64,000 nt of DNA from a virus (IMGVR_UViG_3300028603_000018:32001-96000), one strand, 5' to 3'; shown: positions 45,291-54,998, counted from the first letter of the stretch. The notes: a model not told the origin generated them from the sequence alone. Made by a program: numbers and translations.

Positions 45291-46163
45291 TCAGACTTCA
45301 AAGATACCATCGTCTTTATCACGAGGATCATTAAATACTTCACCGTCTTCCGTTCTTTGAATAGGACTCTCAGGCTTAGTGCTTATACGACACTCATCAA
45401 TATCTTCAGGTGTAATCCCTACATCTAGATTACCAGCAATAGAAAATAACTTAACATCTACCATAGTCGTAGGAATAATCCTACCTGCTACAAACTCTAA
45501 CCATTTTAAAGGATGTTGTCCTTTAGCCATCATTTCTTGAATCTCTGGATCATCTTCAGCTTTATCTCTAAATAGAGCTGGAGTAAATGCAGTAGTATGA
45601 AACAATAATGTTTTCTTAAAGTTCTCAGCTTGAGCATTCATCCAATCAAAGAGATCATACATGAACATCCCTTTGAAAGTATTATGACAATAATCTGCTG
45701 TTAACTCTTCATTGCTTTTATGGATAAAGGTAATATCCATAGAATGATCAAAGTATTGTAGTAGACGAGCTTTATAAATAAACTCAAACTCTTTTCTTAG
45801 CTCATCACTAAAATCATAAGGATAGGTATTAATAACTAGTTGAGGAAAGCCTCTAAAAGGCTCAGCCATATGTTCATTGAATGAATCCTTTAAGATCGAA
45901 ACAAGAAGAACCTCTACATTAGAGAGAAGAGATAGTTTTAATGTCTCAATATTTCTTAAAGCATATTTTTCTCTGAACATCTCATAAGTAACAGGACCAA
46001 ACTCATCTCTACGTCGTAAATGATAAAGACCTGTTTTTAAATGAGTTTTAGTATACTCTTCAAAGACTTCTGGAAAGTGTTGTCTTAGCGTACCTAGTCG
46101 TGTATCAAGAATTTCATCTAAACTTAGATAATAGATCCGTCTAATTTCTTCAGTAGGTGTCAT
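45291..46163 (-). CDS. conserved phiKZ-like protein
   Basis: YLSLDEILDTRLGTL, INTYPY motifs. Confidence 0.75.
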   Translation of the reverse strand: MTPTEEIRRIYYLSLDEILDTRLGTLRQHFPEVFEEYTKTHLKTGLYHLRRRDEFGPVTYEMFREKYALRNIETLKLSLLSNVEVLLVSILKDSFNEHMAEPFRGFPQLVINTYPYDFSDELRKEFEFIYKARLLQYFDHSMDITFIHKSNEELTADYCHNTFKGMFMYDLFDWMNAQAENFKKTLLFHTTAFTPALFRDKAEDDPEIQEMMAKGQHPLKWLEFVAGRIIPTTMVDVKLFSIAGNLDVGITPEDIDECRISTKPESPIQRTEDGEVFNDPRDKDDGIFEV

Positions 46164-46166
46164 GTA

Positions 46167-46766
46167 TTAACTTAGTATTAGAATATCAATGGGATTAGGA
46201 CGAGAAAGATGTAGTAGTGCTAATGTTAATAAGAAACCATTATTCTTAGTTATGAGTTTCTTTACCTCGACTTGATTAGGAATGCGAATAAGTATCTCAC
46301 TAGGCAATTCCCATGAAGTAAGTTGTGAGGTCTTATTCTCTACTTCTAATCGATTAACTAATAACTCCCTATCCAGTGTAATCAAACCATCTACTACACA
46401 CGCACAAACCTCATCATATTCTCTTTGATTAGGTGCCCAACTTGATTTAAAAGTAATATGTAAATCAAACAGAAAATCTTGAACTGCTGGACTAGCTTTA
46501 AATACAGGTAAAAAAGAAGTAGTAAAGAACCTATCAGTAAAAATAGTATCGTAAGAAACCCTAAGCAAGAATTCGTATAGAAATTGAGCTAATGGACTTC
46601 TAGGACCATAAGTACTGCCTTCTGATCTATCAATCGTCGTGTATGCATTCCTAGCAATAGGGAGTTCTGTTACATGCATAGGAAGGATACGTTTAAAAAT
46701 CTCTTGAATTAAAAGAAGAGGTCTTTTTAGATTAGGTGAATGATGTTCAAAGGTCCGTATTTCCAT
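46167..46766 (-). CDS. hypothetical (probable virion) protein
   Basis: 199 aa in the RNAP-subunit operon. Confidence 0.7.
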   Translation of the reverse strand: MEIRTFEHHSPNLKRPLLLIQEIFKRILPMHVTELPIARNAYTTIDRSEGSTYGPRSPLAQFLYEFLLRVSYDTIFTDRFFTTSFLPVFKASPAVQDFLFDLHITFKSSWAPNQREYDEVCACVVDGLITLDRELLVNRLEVENKTSQLTSWELPSEILIRIPNQVEVKKLITKNNGFLLTLALLHLSRPNPIDILILS

Positions 46767-46785
46767 TTGCTTTTTCTATATCAAA

Positions 46786-47451
46786 TTAAAGTGTGTTATT
46801 AAGATGCATACCGTAAAGATAAGAGCGTAATGTAGCAACAGATTCTGCTTCACTGCCTATTTTCATTAATGCTTCAATAGAAGCACCACCAGTAGCATCA
46901 ATGGATTTATTCATAGCTCTAAAGGCTAGAATATCACCGCCTCGAACTTTCATGAATTCTAATAAGCTCTTCTCTAAATCATAACCTAAGATGACTTGTG
47001 CCTCTACGTTAGAAAGCGTAGAGCCTTTAGATTCACCTGTAGCTTGACCAGTAATCTCATCAATAGTGTTGCTATGCTTAGGTAAAGTTTTCTTATCATC
47101 TAGAATTTGAGCTTGTCTTCGAATAGGGAGTTGGAGAATGAGGTATTTCTTATTAGAAAGATATTTTGGATTTTGTCCATCATCAATCCAGATACGTTCT
47201 CGTAATGCAATACCCCACTCTTCAGCGATATCTATTTTCTCATCCCTTGTAATCGTAGGTTCTTTACCGTTTTCTCTGAATACAACAAGGGATTCTTCGC
47301 CTGTAATTAATCTATTTACAAAAGCATCGATATCAGAATCACTCATTTGAGAAAAGGCAACTCGATAATACTCGGCAGTATTACCGCCAGGATCAACACG
47401 CTCACAATCAGCTAAGACTTGTGTTTCAAAAGCTTTTCTATTTCCAGCCAT
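46786..47451 (-). CDS. virion RNA polymerase beta subunit, C-terminal part (phiKZ gp149-like)
   Basis: LPIRRQAQ...IDEITGQATGESKGSTLSNVEAQV...EFMKVRGGD..AF, matching the C-terminal beta region. Confidence 0.8.
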   Translation of the reverse strand: MAGNRKAFETQVLADCERVDPGGNTAEYYRVAFSQMSDSDIDAFVNRLITGEESLVVFRENGKEPTITRDEKIDIAEEWGIALRERIWIDDGQNPKYLSNKKYLILQLPIRRQAQILDDKKTLPKHSNTIDEITGQATGESKGSTLSNVEAQVILGYDLEKSLLEFMKVRGGDILAFRAMNKSIDATGGASIEALMKIGSEAESVATLRSYLYGMHLNNTL

Positions 47452-47541
47452 AACCTTTCTTCTATATTAGGTGTTAAGTAGACTTCTTACAAAATAACAG
47501 TTATAAGAAGTCTAAGTAAGATAAACATTCAAAAGATTGGT

Positions 47542-48009
47542 TCAAAGCTTAATATTAACGTTGTGAATAATTAACCCTCGTTCTTCAGCTCGTTTAATCA
47601 TGTCCTTTGTTCCTGGAGATTGACCATCCCAGTAAGTAAGTAGATGACTAGCTTCATAAGACATATCGTCATTTCTTAAAAAGCCTGCTCTCTTACCCAA
47701 CTCATTCCACTTAGCTGTAAACTTATAACATTCAAAAGGCGTTAACTCACACCACTTAATAATTAGATTATCAGCACCACTAGGAGCATCACCTGAAATA
47801 AAAGCAATATGTTTTCCCTTATGCTCTTTAACCAGGTAATCAGTTAAAGTCTTTCTAAACCAACCTACATCAGAGAAGCCTCTCGTACCAGCAATAATGA
47901 TACGAGAGTCATAATGTTTCTTTCTTAACTCACTGATGTTAGATGGATGAGAACTTACTTGTTCTCGATCAGTACTGGAATCACATCCAGTTTCAGCGAT
48001 CCTAACCAT
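47542..48009 (-). CDS. SLOG-family (YspA/DUF2493-like) protein
   Basis: IIIAGTRGF, ISGDA.SGAD, GKRAGFLRN..M, WDGQSPGTKDMI; start uncertain. Confidence 0.8.
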   Translation of the reverse strand: MVRIAETGCDSSTDREQVSSHPSNISELRKKHYDSRIIIAGTRGFSDVGWFRKTLTDYLVKEHKGKHIAFISGDAPSGADNLIIKWCELTPFECYKFTAKWNELGKRAGFLRNDDMSYEASHLLTYWDGQSPGTKDMIKRAEERGLIIHNVNIKL

Positions 48010-48287
48010 GTTTCATTCAACCCATCGTTATAAAGAAGACTACGAGTTCCGTACGTAGAGATATCTTTTTCCAATTCAATCTTAACTAAACGACGACGAA
48101 TGTCTCGGTTAATAGCTAAGCGAGCTTGGCTGTCTGTAATATCAGTATTGACTTCAATACCATCTTCAGAAACACGAGCAATAGGAGGCAGTTCATTTTC
48201 CTTTAGATATTCGTTGACTGTCTGTACGAGTGGATGAGGAATAAATTCATCAATGACTTCTTTTTGATCTACTTCTTTATTTTCCAT
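47955..48287 (-). CDS. hypothetical protein
   Basis: 110-aa ORF in operon. Confidence 0.7.
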   Translation of the reverse strand: MENKEVDQKEVIDEFIPHPLVQTVNEYLKENELPPIARVSEDGIEVNTDITDSQARLAINRDIRRRLVKIELEKDISTYGTRSLLYNDGLNETWLGSLKLDVIPVLIENK

Positions 48288-48613
48288 TATTCAAACCTTA
48301 AATTAACAAAAGTGAAATTATTACCGTACTTCTCTTTAAAGACAGACCATGTAAAAGTACCTAAATCAGATTCTGCATGATCAGCTTCTATATTTACTAT
48401 TAAGAAATGAAAGACATTATTAATGCGAATAAGATAATATCCTGTTTCATTAATAGTTCCTTCATTCCAAGCGTATTTATTAATATATACAAACTTAGGA
48501 GGAAGTGGATTATCGATGTTAGGAGCTTTTGCTTTGGTGTTATCTTCCACTGCTTTATAAGTAGCTTCAAATTTATCTAGACAAGCTCTATCATAACTGT
48601 GATTTAAATCCAT
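48287..48613 (-). CDS. hypothetical protein
   Basis: 108 aa, aaggaa RBS. Confidence 0.7.
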   Translation of the reverse strand: MDLNHSYDRACLDKFEATYKAVEDNTKAKAPNIDNPLPPKFVYINKYAWNEGTINETGYYLIRINNVFHFLIVNIEADHAESDLGTFTWSVFKEKYGNNFTFVNLRFE

Positions 48614-48622
48614 ATTACTTCC

Positions 48623-50131
48623 TTATTTTGCTTTCTTATCTTTAAAAGCGTCATATCGAGGGACATCTTTAACAGCTTCAGGAACATCCTTATCTTCTAA
48701 CCAAAAAGGAACGTAGCGTTTTAAACGCATGTCAAGCAAGTCTTTCGTAGATAATGGTTTATCACCTTGCTCGTAGTGATCCATACAACTATAACCACGA
48801 GTATCTAATAGAACATCCCAATCGTAACCTAAAGCTTTAATATCATCGTAAAGTTCTTTAGGAGTGCAGTAGTACTCTGGAGCCATATTCCAGAAGTATT
48901 GCATCTGGCACATTTCTGATGTAATATTAACAGCTCTACGTAACTTGACATCAGAATCTAGTTTATTTCTAACTGTAGTTCGAGAAAGCTTGCAGTCTGG
49001 ATAGAGTTCCAAGTAATAGTTTTGTAAGTTACCACCGATACCAAAACCTTTGCTATTTTTAATATAGTGGAATTCACTCAACGCAGGCTTAACTCCTTCT
49101 ACCTGAGAAACAATAATAGAAAGACTAAATCCTGAAGAACCATACTTACCACGAAGTTGAGTTACTCTCACTTCGTTTAGATCTGTAGAACCTGTACGTT
49201 CATTATCAAATCGATCACTTGGATACTCAGGTCCTTTCGTTCCTCGGTTAGCAAGAATACTTGCTCCATTAGCCCACCAACAGTTATGTGTCAAGAAGGT
49301 AAACTTCTCAGGCACACCTTTAATCTTTACGTTAGACTTTAAGTGTTGGAGTTTCTTAGGATTAGGATTATATTGATCCATATTAAACTCAGCACCGATA
49401 TGAGCAGTCATGATCAAGTAATGTGAGCTTGCCATGGTCAAAGAAGGTAGAGTCATTAAGAACCTAGTCTTTTGCATTCCTTGACGCATGAAGATCATAT
49501 TAGCACCAGAATCACCAAGACTATTATCATCTTGCATTTTCTCTACGTCTTTCGTAGAGAACTCAGTAAAAGAATCTAATAATGAAAAAGTAGGATATGG
49601 AATTTTAATAAAACCATTACGTTCACGATTAAGGTAAGGGGTGTTACCTGTCACCGTTGCTTTATTCTCTGCTTTATCAAAAAGGAATTCTCTAAGAATA
49701 TCGAAGTATTCGTCACCTTCATGCATTGACTTATCAGTAAACATGAGACGATCTTGATCTACAATACCTTCACCAACTGACATTCCCATTTCATCAGTTT
49801 CAATACCATATTCTTCCATGGCATTATGAAGCGAAATGACACGGTCTTCATCTACGTTTAATTCGGTATCGTAGATATGTCCTTTAGCCAGTTTATTCCT
49901 AGCTGCCATTTTACCATACATGTAGTGAGCAATGGTAGATTTGAAGTTATTACCGTGACCTACAATACCAGTGATGTGTGCTAATCCACCCACTAGAATA
50001 TTTTCATTATAGCGACCTTTTACATATCTGCCTGTTGGGATATCAAATAAGCAACCAATAGGCCATAAGGCTTTAGTAGGCATACTAGCAGTCAAGCCAG
50101 TAGTCTTTGAATCTTTGTTCTCTTTACTCAT
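48623..50131 (-). CDS. uvsX: RecA/UvsX-like recombinase (phiKZ gp152-like)
   Basis: GCLFDIPTG, Walker A GHGNNFKST, YDTE, LLDSFTEF, TAHIG, LRGKYGSSG. Confidence 0.85.
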   Translation of the reverse strand: MSKENKDSKTTGLTASMPTKALWPIGCLFDIPTGRYVKGRYNENILVGGLAHITGIVGHGNNFKSTIAHYMYGKMAARNKLAKGHIYDTELNVDEDRVISLHNAMEEYGIETDEMGMSVGEGIVDQDRLMFTDKSMHEGDEYFDILREFLFDKAENKATVTGNTPYLNRERNGFIKIPYPTFSLLDSFTEFSTKDVEKMQDDNSLGDSGANMIFMRQGMQKTRFLMTLPSLTMASSHYLIMTAHIGAEFNMDQYNPNPKKLQHLKSNVKIKGVPEKFTFLTHNCWWANGASILANRGTKGPEYPSDRFDNERTGSTDLNEVRVTQLRGKYGSSGFSLSIIVSQVEGVKPALSEFHYIKNSKGFGIGGNLQNYYLELYPDCKLSRTTVRNKLDSDVKLRRAVNITSEMCQMQYFWNMAPEYYCTPKELYDDIKALGYDWDVLLDTRGYSCMDHYEQGDKPLSTKDLLDMRLKRYVPFWLEDKDVPEAVKDVPRYDAFKDKKAK

Positions 50132-50234
50132 TAAGATTATAACCTCATTTTATGATTATCATCGTGAATGTTCTATCGTTCCAAATGATCTCAGGATAGA
50201 GTTATTTTTTACATTAAAAAGGAATTACAATAAC

Positions 50235-51053
50235 ATGGTTTCTTCAGCACAGAGAACTTTAGCTGAATTGAGCTTATTAAGCACTGATGCTCAAGCAGAC
50301 ATGCAATCCTTATTTACCACCTTCATCCCTCGTTTAGGCGATGAATTACGTAAGGGTTGGCAGACCTTATTAAGCTATACACCTAAAGAAAAGATTATTA
50401 GTAATGCTGATCGATTTATCGAATTGGTTGGTAAAGAAAACTATTTAGATATCTCATCTTTCCATATTGCTTGTCCTGAAGGATTAGCTGTTGATTACTT
50501 AACCTATACTGATGTTTTAGCTAAAGCTGTAGAGTATGCTTTAGAGACACAAAAGACAAGTGTTAAGAATTTAAAAACACACTTATCTAAAATGCTTAAC
50601 AATAGTGTCATTTCTTATTCTCCTTCTGGGTTAGAGAAAGCAATTACAGACCGAGTTAAGATTAGAGAGAATATCGTTAAAGAGATTAAAGGTTCTTTAT
50701 CTAATCAGACTTATCGTAAGATGGCTTATGGTAATGCTATTAACCGTAATAGTGATTGGGTCCAAGTATTTAAGAATATCGATAAGATTCAACTCTTAGA
50801 TTCTGAAGAGCGTAAATCATTAGCTAAAGATTTGAGTGACGTACAAGAACTACTGGATGCAGTTATTGCTAAAGTAGAGAGTCCAGAGAATAAAAACGTT
50901 AATAAACAAGCTGTAAAGTATACTTCTGATTTAGTATATGCTGTAGCAGAAGAAGTTAAGTTTGTAGCTCAGACTTACTATCTAACTGAATCCTTAGTGA
51001 ATCGTTTATCTGATGGTGTAGATAACACCATTAAAGTATTTGCTAAAAAGTAA
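50235..51053 (+). CDS. conserved phiKZ-like virion protein
   Basis: ORF 50115..51053 trimmed to ATG50235 after aaggaa; PEGL...YL.Y motif; divergent from the recombinase. Confidence 0.7.
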   Translation: MVSSAQRTLAELSLLSTDAQADMQSLFTTFIPRLGDELRKGWQTLLSYTPKEKIISNADRFIELVGKENYLDISSFHIACPEGLAVDYLTYTDVLAKAVEYALETQKTSVKNLKTHLSKMLNNSVISYSPSGLEKAITDRVKIRENIVKEIKGSLSNQTYRKMAYGNAINRNSDWVQVFKNIDKIQLLDSEERKSLAKDLSDVQELLDAVIAKVESPENKNVNKQAVKYTSDLVYAVAEEVKFVAQTYYLTESLVNRLSDGVDNTIKVFAKK

Positions 51054-51064
51054 TACCAAAGTAC

Positions 51065-51103
51065 AGCATAAATAAGGAGACTAAAAAGTCTCCTATTTAT
51101 GCT
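51065..51103. terminator. GCATA...TATGC hairpin between convergent genes
   Basis: agcataaata-aggagact-aaaa-agtctcct-atttatgct. Confidence 0.8.
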
Positions 51104-51114
51104 CTTTAATGGAA

Positions 51115-51990
51115 TTAGAAATCTTGAGTATTGGTTTCGGGATAAGCTCTATTAGGACCCCAAATAATTCTTACACCACCATTTTTCTGAACATGTGTGG
51201 TGGCTGTTCTTGAAAAACCGCCCATGCCATGAATACTTGTTCCATTAATAACTGAACCTGATGACGTTATAATATTACTAGTGACAACACCATCAGGTCC
51301 TTTTCCTCTGATTCCTACACCACCACCACCTGCGCCACTACCACCCTGTCCAGCTCTTGCTGGGAGATTACCAGAGCCACCAGTTTGGTTAATATTACCA
51401 CTTCCACCTCTTTCAGAATACCCACCACCACCTCCGCCTTTTAGTACTGCGGAGCTAGCTTGAGGGCTATTTTGAGAACCTCCTGCACCACCATTTCCAC
51501 CACCAAAATCTATCCCAGTGGTTCCAGATATATTATAAATCGCATACGTTCCTCCCGCCACTTGTGTAGATGATCCTGATGAGTTACTTCTCCCGCCTTG
51601 ACCACCATTAGCTACCATAAAGGCCGGGAGAGCTACATCACCATTATCATCATCATTGTTTATTATAGCGATACTGGAATGCCCTCCTGCTCCTCCATGT
51701 CCGTTTGTAGCGCCCTGATAACCAGCTCCTCCAACAACGACTTCAACTTTTCTACTGGTAGGAACGTCAACTTTAGCAACCCAACAAAGCGCGCCACCAC
51801 CACCAGACCCAACAGAACCAGTAGTCCGAGTACCACCTCCACCTCCACCTCCACCTACTGCTACAGCAGAGAAGGAGGTAATTCCTTCAGGAAATTCAAA
51901 AATATAAGTGCCGGGTTCAATGAATTCTACTTGACCGCTTAAACCATCGTCGAGAGGAGGGAGTAATCCTACCAATAAATCTTTACTCAT
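51115..51990 (-). CDS. glycine-rich tail-fibre-like protein with MSKDLL leader
   Basis: PGTYIF..P.G+TS.SAVAVGGGGGG, GGGGALCW, VVVGGAG, GGVRIIWG...YP. Confidence 0.8.
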   Translation of the reverse strand: MSKDLLVGLLPPLDDGLSGQVEFIEPGTYIFEFPEGITSFSAVAVGGGGGGGGTRTTGSVGSGGGGALCWVAKVDVPTSRKVEVVVGGAGYQGATNGHGGAGGHSSIAIINNDDDNGDVALPAFMVANGGQGGRSNSSGSSTQVAGGTYAIYNISGTTGIDFGGGNGGAGGSQNSPQASSAVLKGGGGGGYSERGGSGNINQTGGSGNLPARAGQGGSGAGGGGVGIRGKGPDGVVTSNIITSSGSVINGTSIHGMGGFSRTATTHVQKNGGVRIIWGPNRAYPETNTQDF

Positions 51991-52021
51991 AACTTTTAAT
52001 ATCTATAAAATATTTCAATAA

Positions 52022-52528
52022 TTAAGCAATAAAGTCATCAGCACTTAACTTCTCTACACCAATATGAGTATTACCAGGAACAGTTTCTACTTTAGGGATA
52101 TCATCACCTAATTCCTTAGCATTACCTTTATTTTCTTCAGCTCCACTAGGATTAAAACCAGGTAACTTATCATTAGAAGGCAGTCCCATTAACATATTAC
52201 CGATCTGTTCAGCAAAGCCTTTAAACGCAGCAGAGTTCTCACCCTCTTTCTCCATCTTCATTAGGTCAAGTTCTTGCTTGCTAAAGTCATTAATCAATCC
52301 AGCTAAGGATTGATATGACATCGCGCGAGACATGTCTAAATTCTGCATTCCTTTATTAATTAGCATCTTTCTTAAATTCTGAGAAAGTTCTAATCGTTCA
52401 GTAGGACTAAACTCTGGGGACAGTAAAGTAGAGAAATCTAATTCAGGCACAGGTTCTTTTTGCTTACCAGGTTTTCCTTCATCAATTTTAACCATTGAAT
52501 CAGCAACTGGATTACCTGTAGTATTCAT
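52022..52528 (-). CDS. hypothetical protein
   Basis: 168 aa, aaggag RBS. Confidence 0.75.
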   Translation of the reverse strand: MNTTGNPVADSMVKIDEGKPGKQKEPVPELDFSTLLSPEFSPTERLELSQNLRKMLINKGMQNLDMSRAMSYQSLAGLINDFSKQELDLMKMEKEGENSAAFKGFAEQIGNMLMGLPSNDKLPGFNPSGAEENKGNAKELGDDIPKVETVPGNTHIGVEKLSADDFIA

Positions 52529-52562
52529 TTATGCACTCCTTTTATTGTTTGTATGTATATTT

Positions 52563-52592
52563 AAATATTTCAATCACATATCACCTTAGTGT
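52563..52592 (+). promoter_or_regulatory. putative phage promoter
   Basis: aaatatttcaatcacatatcaccttagtgt. Confidence 0.5.
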
Positions 52593-52715
52593 CAGTAATC
52601 AATACTCATTGAGGTAATTGCTAATGAAATAAGCTAACAACTAAAAATATTGTCTTCGTATAAGGATTTCTAAGCATATGATACTTCACTTAAAGGAGCT
52701 TTATATAGGACCGTT

Positions 52716-53216
52716 ATGTTTAACTGGCTAAGGTCAAAGATAAAAACGAAGCGTAAGAAAATCATTATTGATGAAGTTCATGATAAAGAAATAGATGTTT
52801 ATACAAAAACACTTGTTCTCTTTGAGCTTCTTGGTAAAGAACACTTCCGTATTTTCTATACTCAACACTTTCTGTTTGATCTATACTTACCTAATGCAAA
52901 GGAGTTAGTTAAACTACTTAGGGAGTTAAATAGAACTGTTGAAAATAAACGCCCTATTAACGAAAACCGTTTATCATTTCCTCTAAATAATTTTGATAAT
53001 GATAGTTTCTTTTATCAAGATGAAAGTTACTTAAATAAATTTAACTATTTAGAGGCTATCAAAAAAGAAGTTATTAAACTTATAACAAATGTACAAACCT
53101 ATCAGAGTTCTGATGAAGATCTCATTCTCCCCACTAAGGAGTATTATGAAAGGAACTTGTATTCCGTTATTTCTGATTTACAGTCCTTTGCTGAACTGAT
53201 TATCAGAAGAGTGTGA
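52716..53216 (+). CDS. hypothetical protein
   Basis: 166-aa ORF. Confidence 0.7.
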   Translation: MFNWLRSKIKTKRKKIIIDEVHDKEIDVYTKTLVLFELLGKEHFRIFYTQHFLFDLYLPNAKELVKLLRELNRTVENKRPINENRLSFPLNNFDNDSFFYQDESYLNKFNYLEAIKKEVIKLITNVQTYQSSDEDLILPTKEYYERNLYSVISDLQSFAELIIRRV

Positions 53217-53249
53217 TGACTTCAACATTTCATGGATTAACTTACGTCT

Positions 53250-53672
53250 ATGCAGAAGCGAAGCAAAAATACGCAACTCAATAGGCTACTTACCTCTAAA
53301 GATAAAAATGCTTATTCAGTAACAGGCATGAAAGGTGTCTTAGCACACATCTTTCGTAAGTATCTGTCGAGATTAAAAGTTGATGAACCTAACTGGTCAT
53401 TAAAGATTAATCAATACATTAAGAAATACGAACATGAAGGTATTTCTAAACGACAAAGGTCGAGTATTGGTAATAACCTCACAAAAGCCTTATCCGCAAG
53501 AGAGATGTCTTGGATTACATTTCTAAGAGGTCTTAACTTTCTAGGCGCTATTAAAATTGAATTTACAGTAAAAGCAACTTTTCACAATAATCGAGTTATC
53601 GAAGAACATGTGGAGTTTACTTATGACGAAACAGAAGTGAAATTTGACTTTGAAGAACAGGAAAGGAAATAA
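53250..53672 (+). CDS. conserved phiKZ-like protein
   Basis: GVLAHIFR, GNNL.KAL...MSWITFLRGL.FL. Confidence 0.75.
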   Translation: MQKRSKNTQLNRLLTSKDKNAYSVTGMKGVLAHIFRKYLSRLKVDEPNWSLKINQYIKKYEHEGISKRQRSSIGNNLTKALSAREMSWITFLRGLNFLGAIKIEFTVKATFHNNRVIEEHVEFTYDETEVKFDFEEQERK

Positions 53673-53674
53673 AA

Positions 53675-54268
53675 ATGAGTATCTTAAAGGTATTTAAAAA
53701 GCAAGACAGGTCAACGCTACCCGTAGCAGTATCTAAGAAAATTAACTTTAACCTACCTACTGTTAATGTACACAAGTTAGGAGATGATGGTGAGGATCAT
53801 ATTAATATCCATCCCATCTATGCAGAAACAGAATTAGGTAAAATGCTCTCTATGCATGACTATACTCCATTTACTCATCCTGTTCTTGGAACTTTCTCTA
53901 CTTTGATTGGATATTGGTTTTATATCAAGACAAAAGGAATGAGTGATGATTTCAGACTGGGTCGAGACGGAAAAGCTTTTCGTAAGAAAGCCGGTGAGAT
54001 GCAACAGTTTCGTTTAGAGAACTTTCAAGAATATATCTTGGACGGTTACTATGAAATGATTTCTCAAAATGAAAATGTAAAAGAATTATTTCTAGCATCT
54101 ACTCTCCCCTTTACACAATATTGGATTTCTAGTAAAGTACGAGCTGTTCCTCCTGGTCTAGAATTTATTAATTCTGGATTACATTCTCTTAGAGAAAACA
54201 TGAAGTTAGGCATTGAACCTGATCGACCTGATTTTGTTCGAGACTTCAAAGAGCTAATTCGATATTAA
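53675..54268 (+). CDS. conserved phage protein, possibly NADAR-like
   Basis: DGEDHINI...TELGKMLS...TPFTHP..G.F.+L.GYWFYIK, LFLASTLPF..Y. Confidence 0.55.
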   Translation: MSILKVFKKQDRSTLPVAVSKKINFNLPTVNVHKLGDDGEDHINIHPIYAETELGKMLSMHDYTPFTHPVLGTFSTLIGYWFYIKTKGMSDDFRLGRDGKAFRKKAGEMQQFRLENFQEYILDGYYEMISQNENVKELFLASTLPFTQYWISSKVRAVPPGLEFINSGLHSLRENMKLGIEPDRPDFVRDFKELIRY

Positions 54269-54278
54269 AGAATATATT

Positions 54279-54311
54279 TAGGGAGGGTTATTTACCCTCC
54301 CTATTTATGCT
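54279..54311. terminator. hairpin ending TTTATGC
   Basis: tagggagggt/accctcccta-tttatgct. Confidence 0.75.
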
Positions 54312-54346
54312 CTTATTTTTTATAAAAATTGAATTTCGTAACATGG

Positions 54347-54373
54347 TAGTTATACATAACTAGTTTGAATTAT
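54347..54373 (+). promoter_or_regulatory. putative phage promoter
   Basis: agttatacataactagtttgaatt. Confidence 0.55.
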
Positions 54374-54402
54374 GTTTTTATTTATCTGAAGGAATATCTA
54401 AC

Positions 54403-54945
54403 ATGAAAGTACTGCGTAATCATTTTAACAATAACCCAACTGTTGTTATTCATGGACGTATTATCAACGGTTGTAGGAACTTTACATTAGAAGAAGCACC
54501 TAATATCTTAAAGTACTATAAAGTACCAGATGACATTTGGCAAGAGGTCTTAGATGTTTACTCTCCTACGTCCACTGACGAAGAAATCGAATCTTTCATC
54601 AATGATGAGAATTTCTATATCCGTAAGTTAGTAGCTATCTATGGCAATGATAAACATAGAGATGCTCTCATTAACGATAAAAGTATGGATGTTAGAAATT
54701 CAGTAGCTATCTACGGTAACGATTCACATCGAGACATTCTAGTCAAAGATAAAATTTCGTTTATACGTGAGGCAGTGGCTCGGCACGGCAATAGCAGTCA
54801 ACACGATATCTTAGTCAAGGATGAAGATTGGGTTGTTAGGGTTAACGTAGCTAGGTTTGGCAGCAATTCTCACCGAGAACTTCTTAAAAACGATACTGAC
54901 TTACATGTTAGAAATATAGCAATCTTTAAATTAAGAAAGAAATAA
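54403..54945 (+). CDS. HEAT-like (~24-aa) repeat protein
   Basis: five repeats of L..D....VR..VA..GN..HRD. Confidence 0.8.
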   Translation: MKVLRNHFNNNPTVVIHGRIINGCRNFTLEEAPNILKYYKVPDDIWQEVLDVYSPTSTDEEIESFINDENFYIRKLVAIYGNDKHRDALINDKSMDVRNSVAIYGNDSHRDILVKDKISFIREAVARHGNSSQHDILVKDEDWVVRVNVARFGSNSHRELLKNDTDLHVRNIAIFKLRKK

Positions 54946-54998
54946 AAGAAAAGCATTCATTCTAGAAGAGATCCTTTAATTAGGGTCTCCTCTACCTC

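Noticed and set aside
50100-50131. Recombinase N-terminus MSKENK as a member of the MSKEL leader family
   Set aside because: It lacks the hydrophobic residues and Gly/Pro linker; the match is coincidental.
50115-50234. N-terminal 40 codons of ORF 50115..51053
   Set aside because: They overlap the divergent recombinase start; the RBS supports ATG50235.
51281-51942. Pro/Thr-rich ORFs opposite or overlapping the Gly-rich gene
   Set aside because: Antisense or frame artefacts of GGN codon runs.
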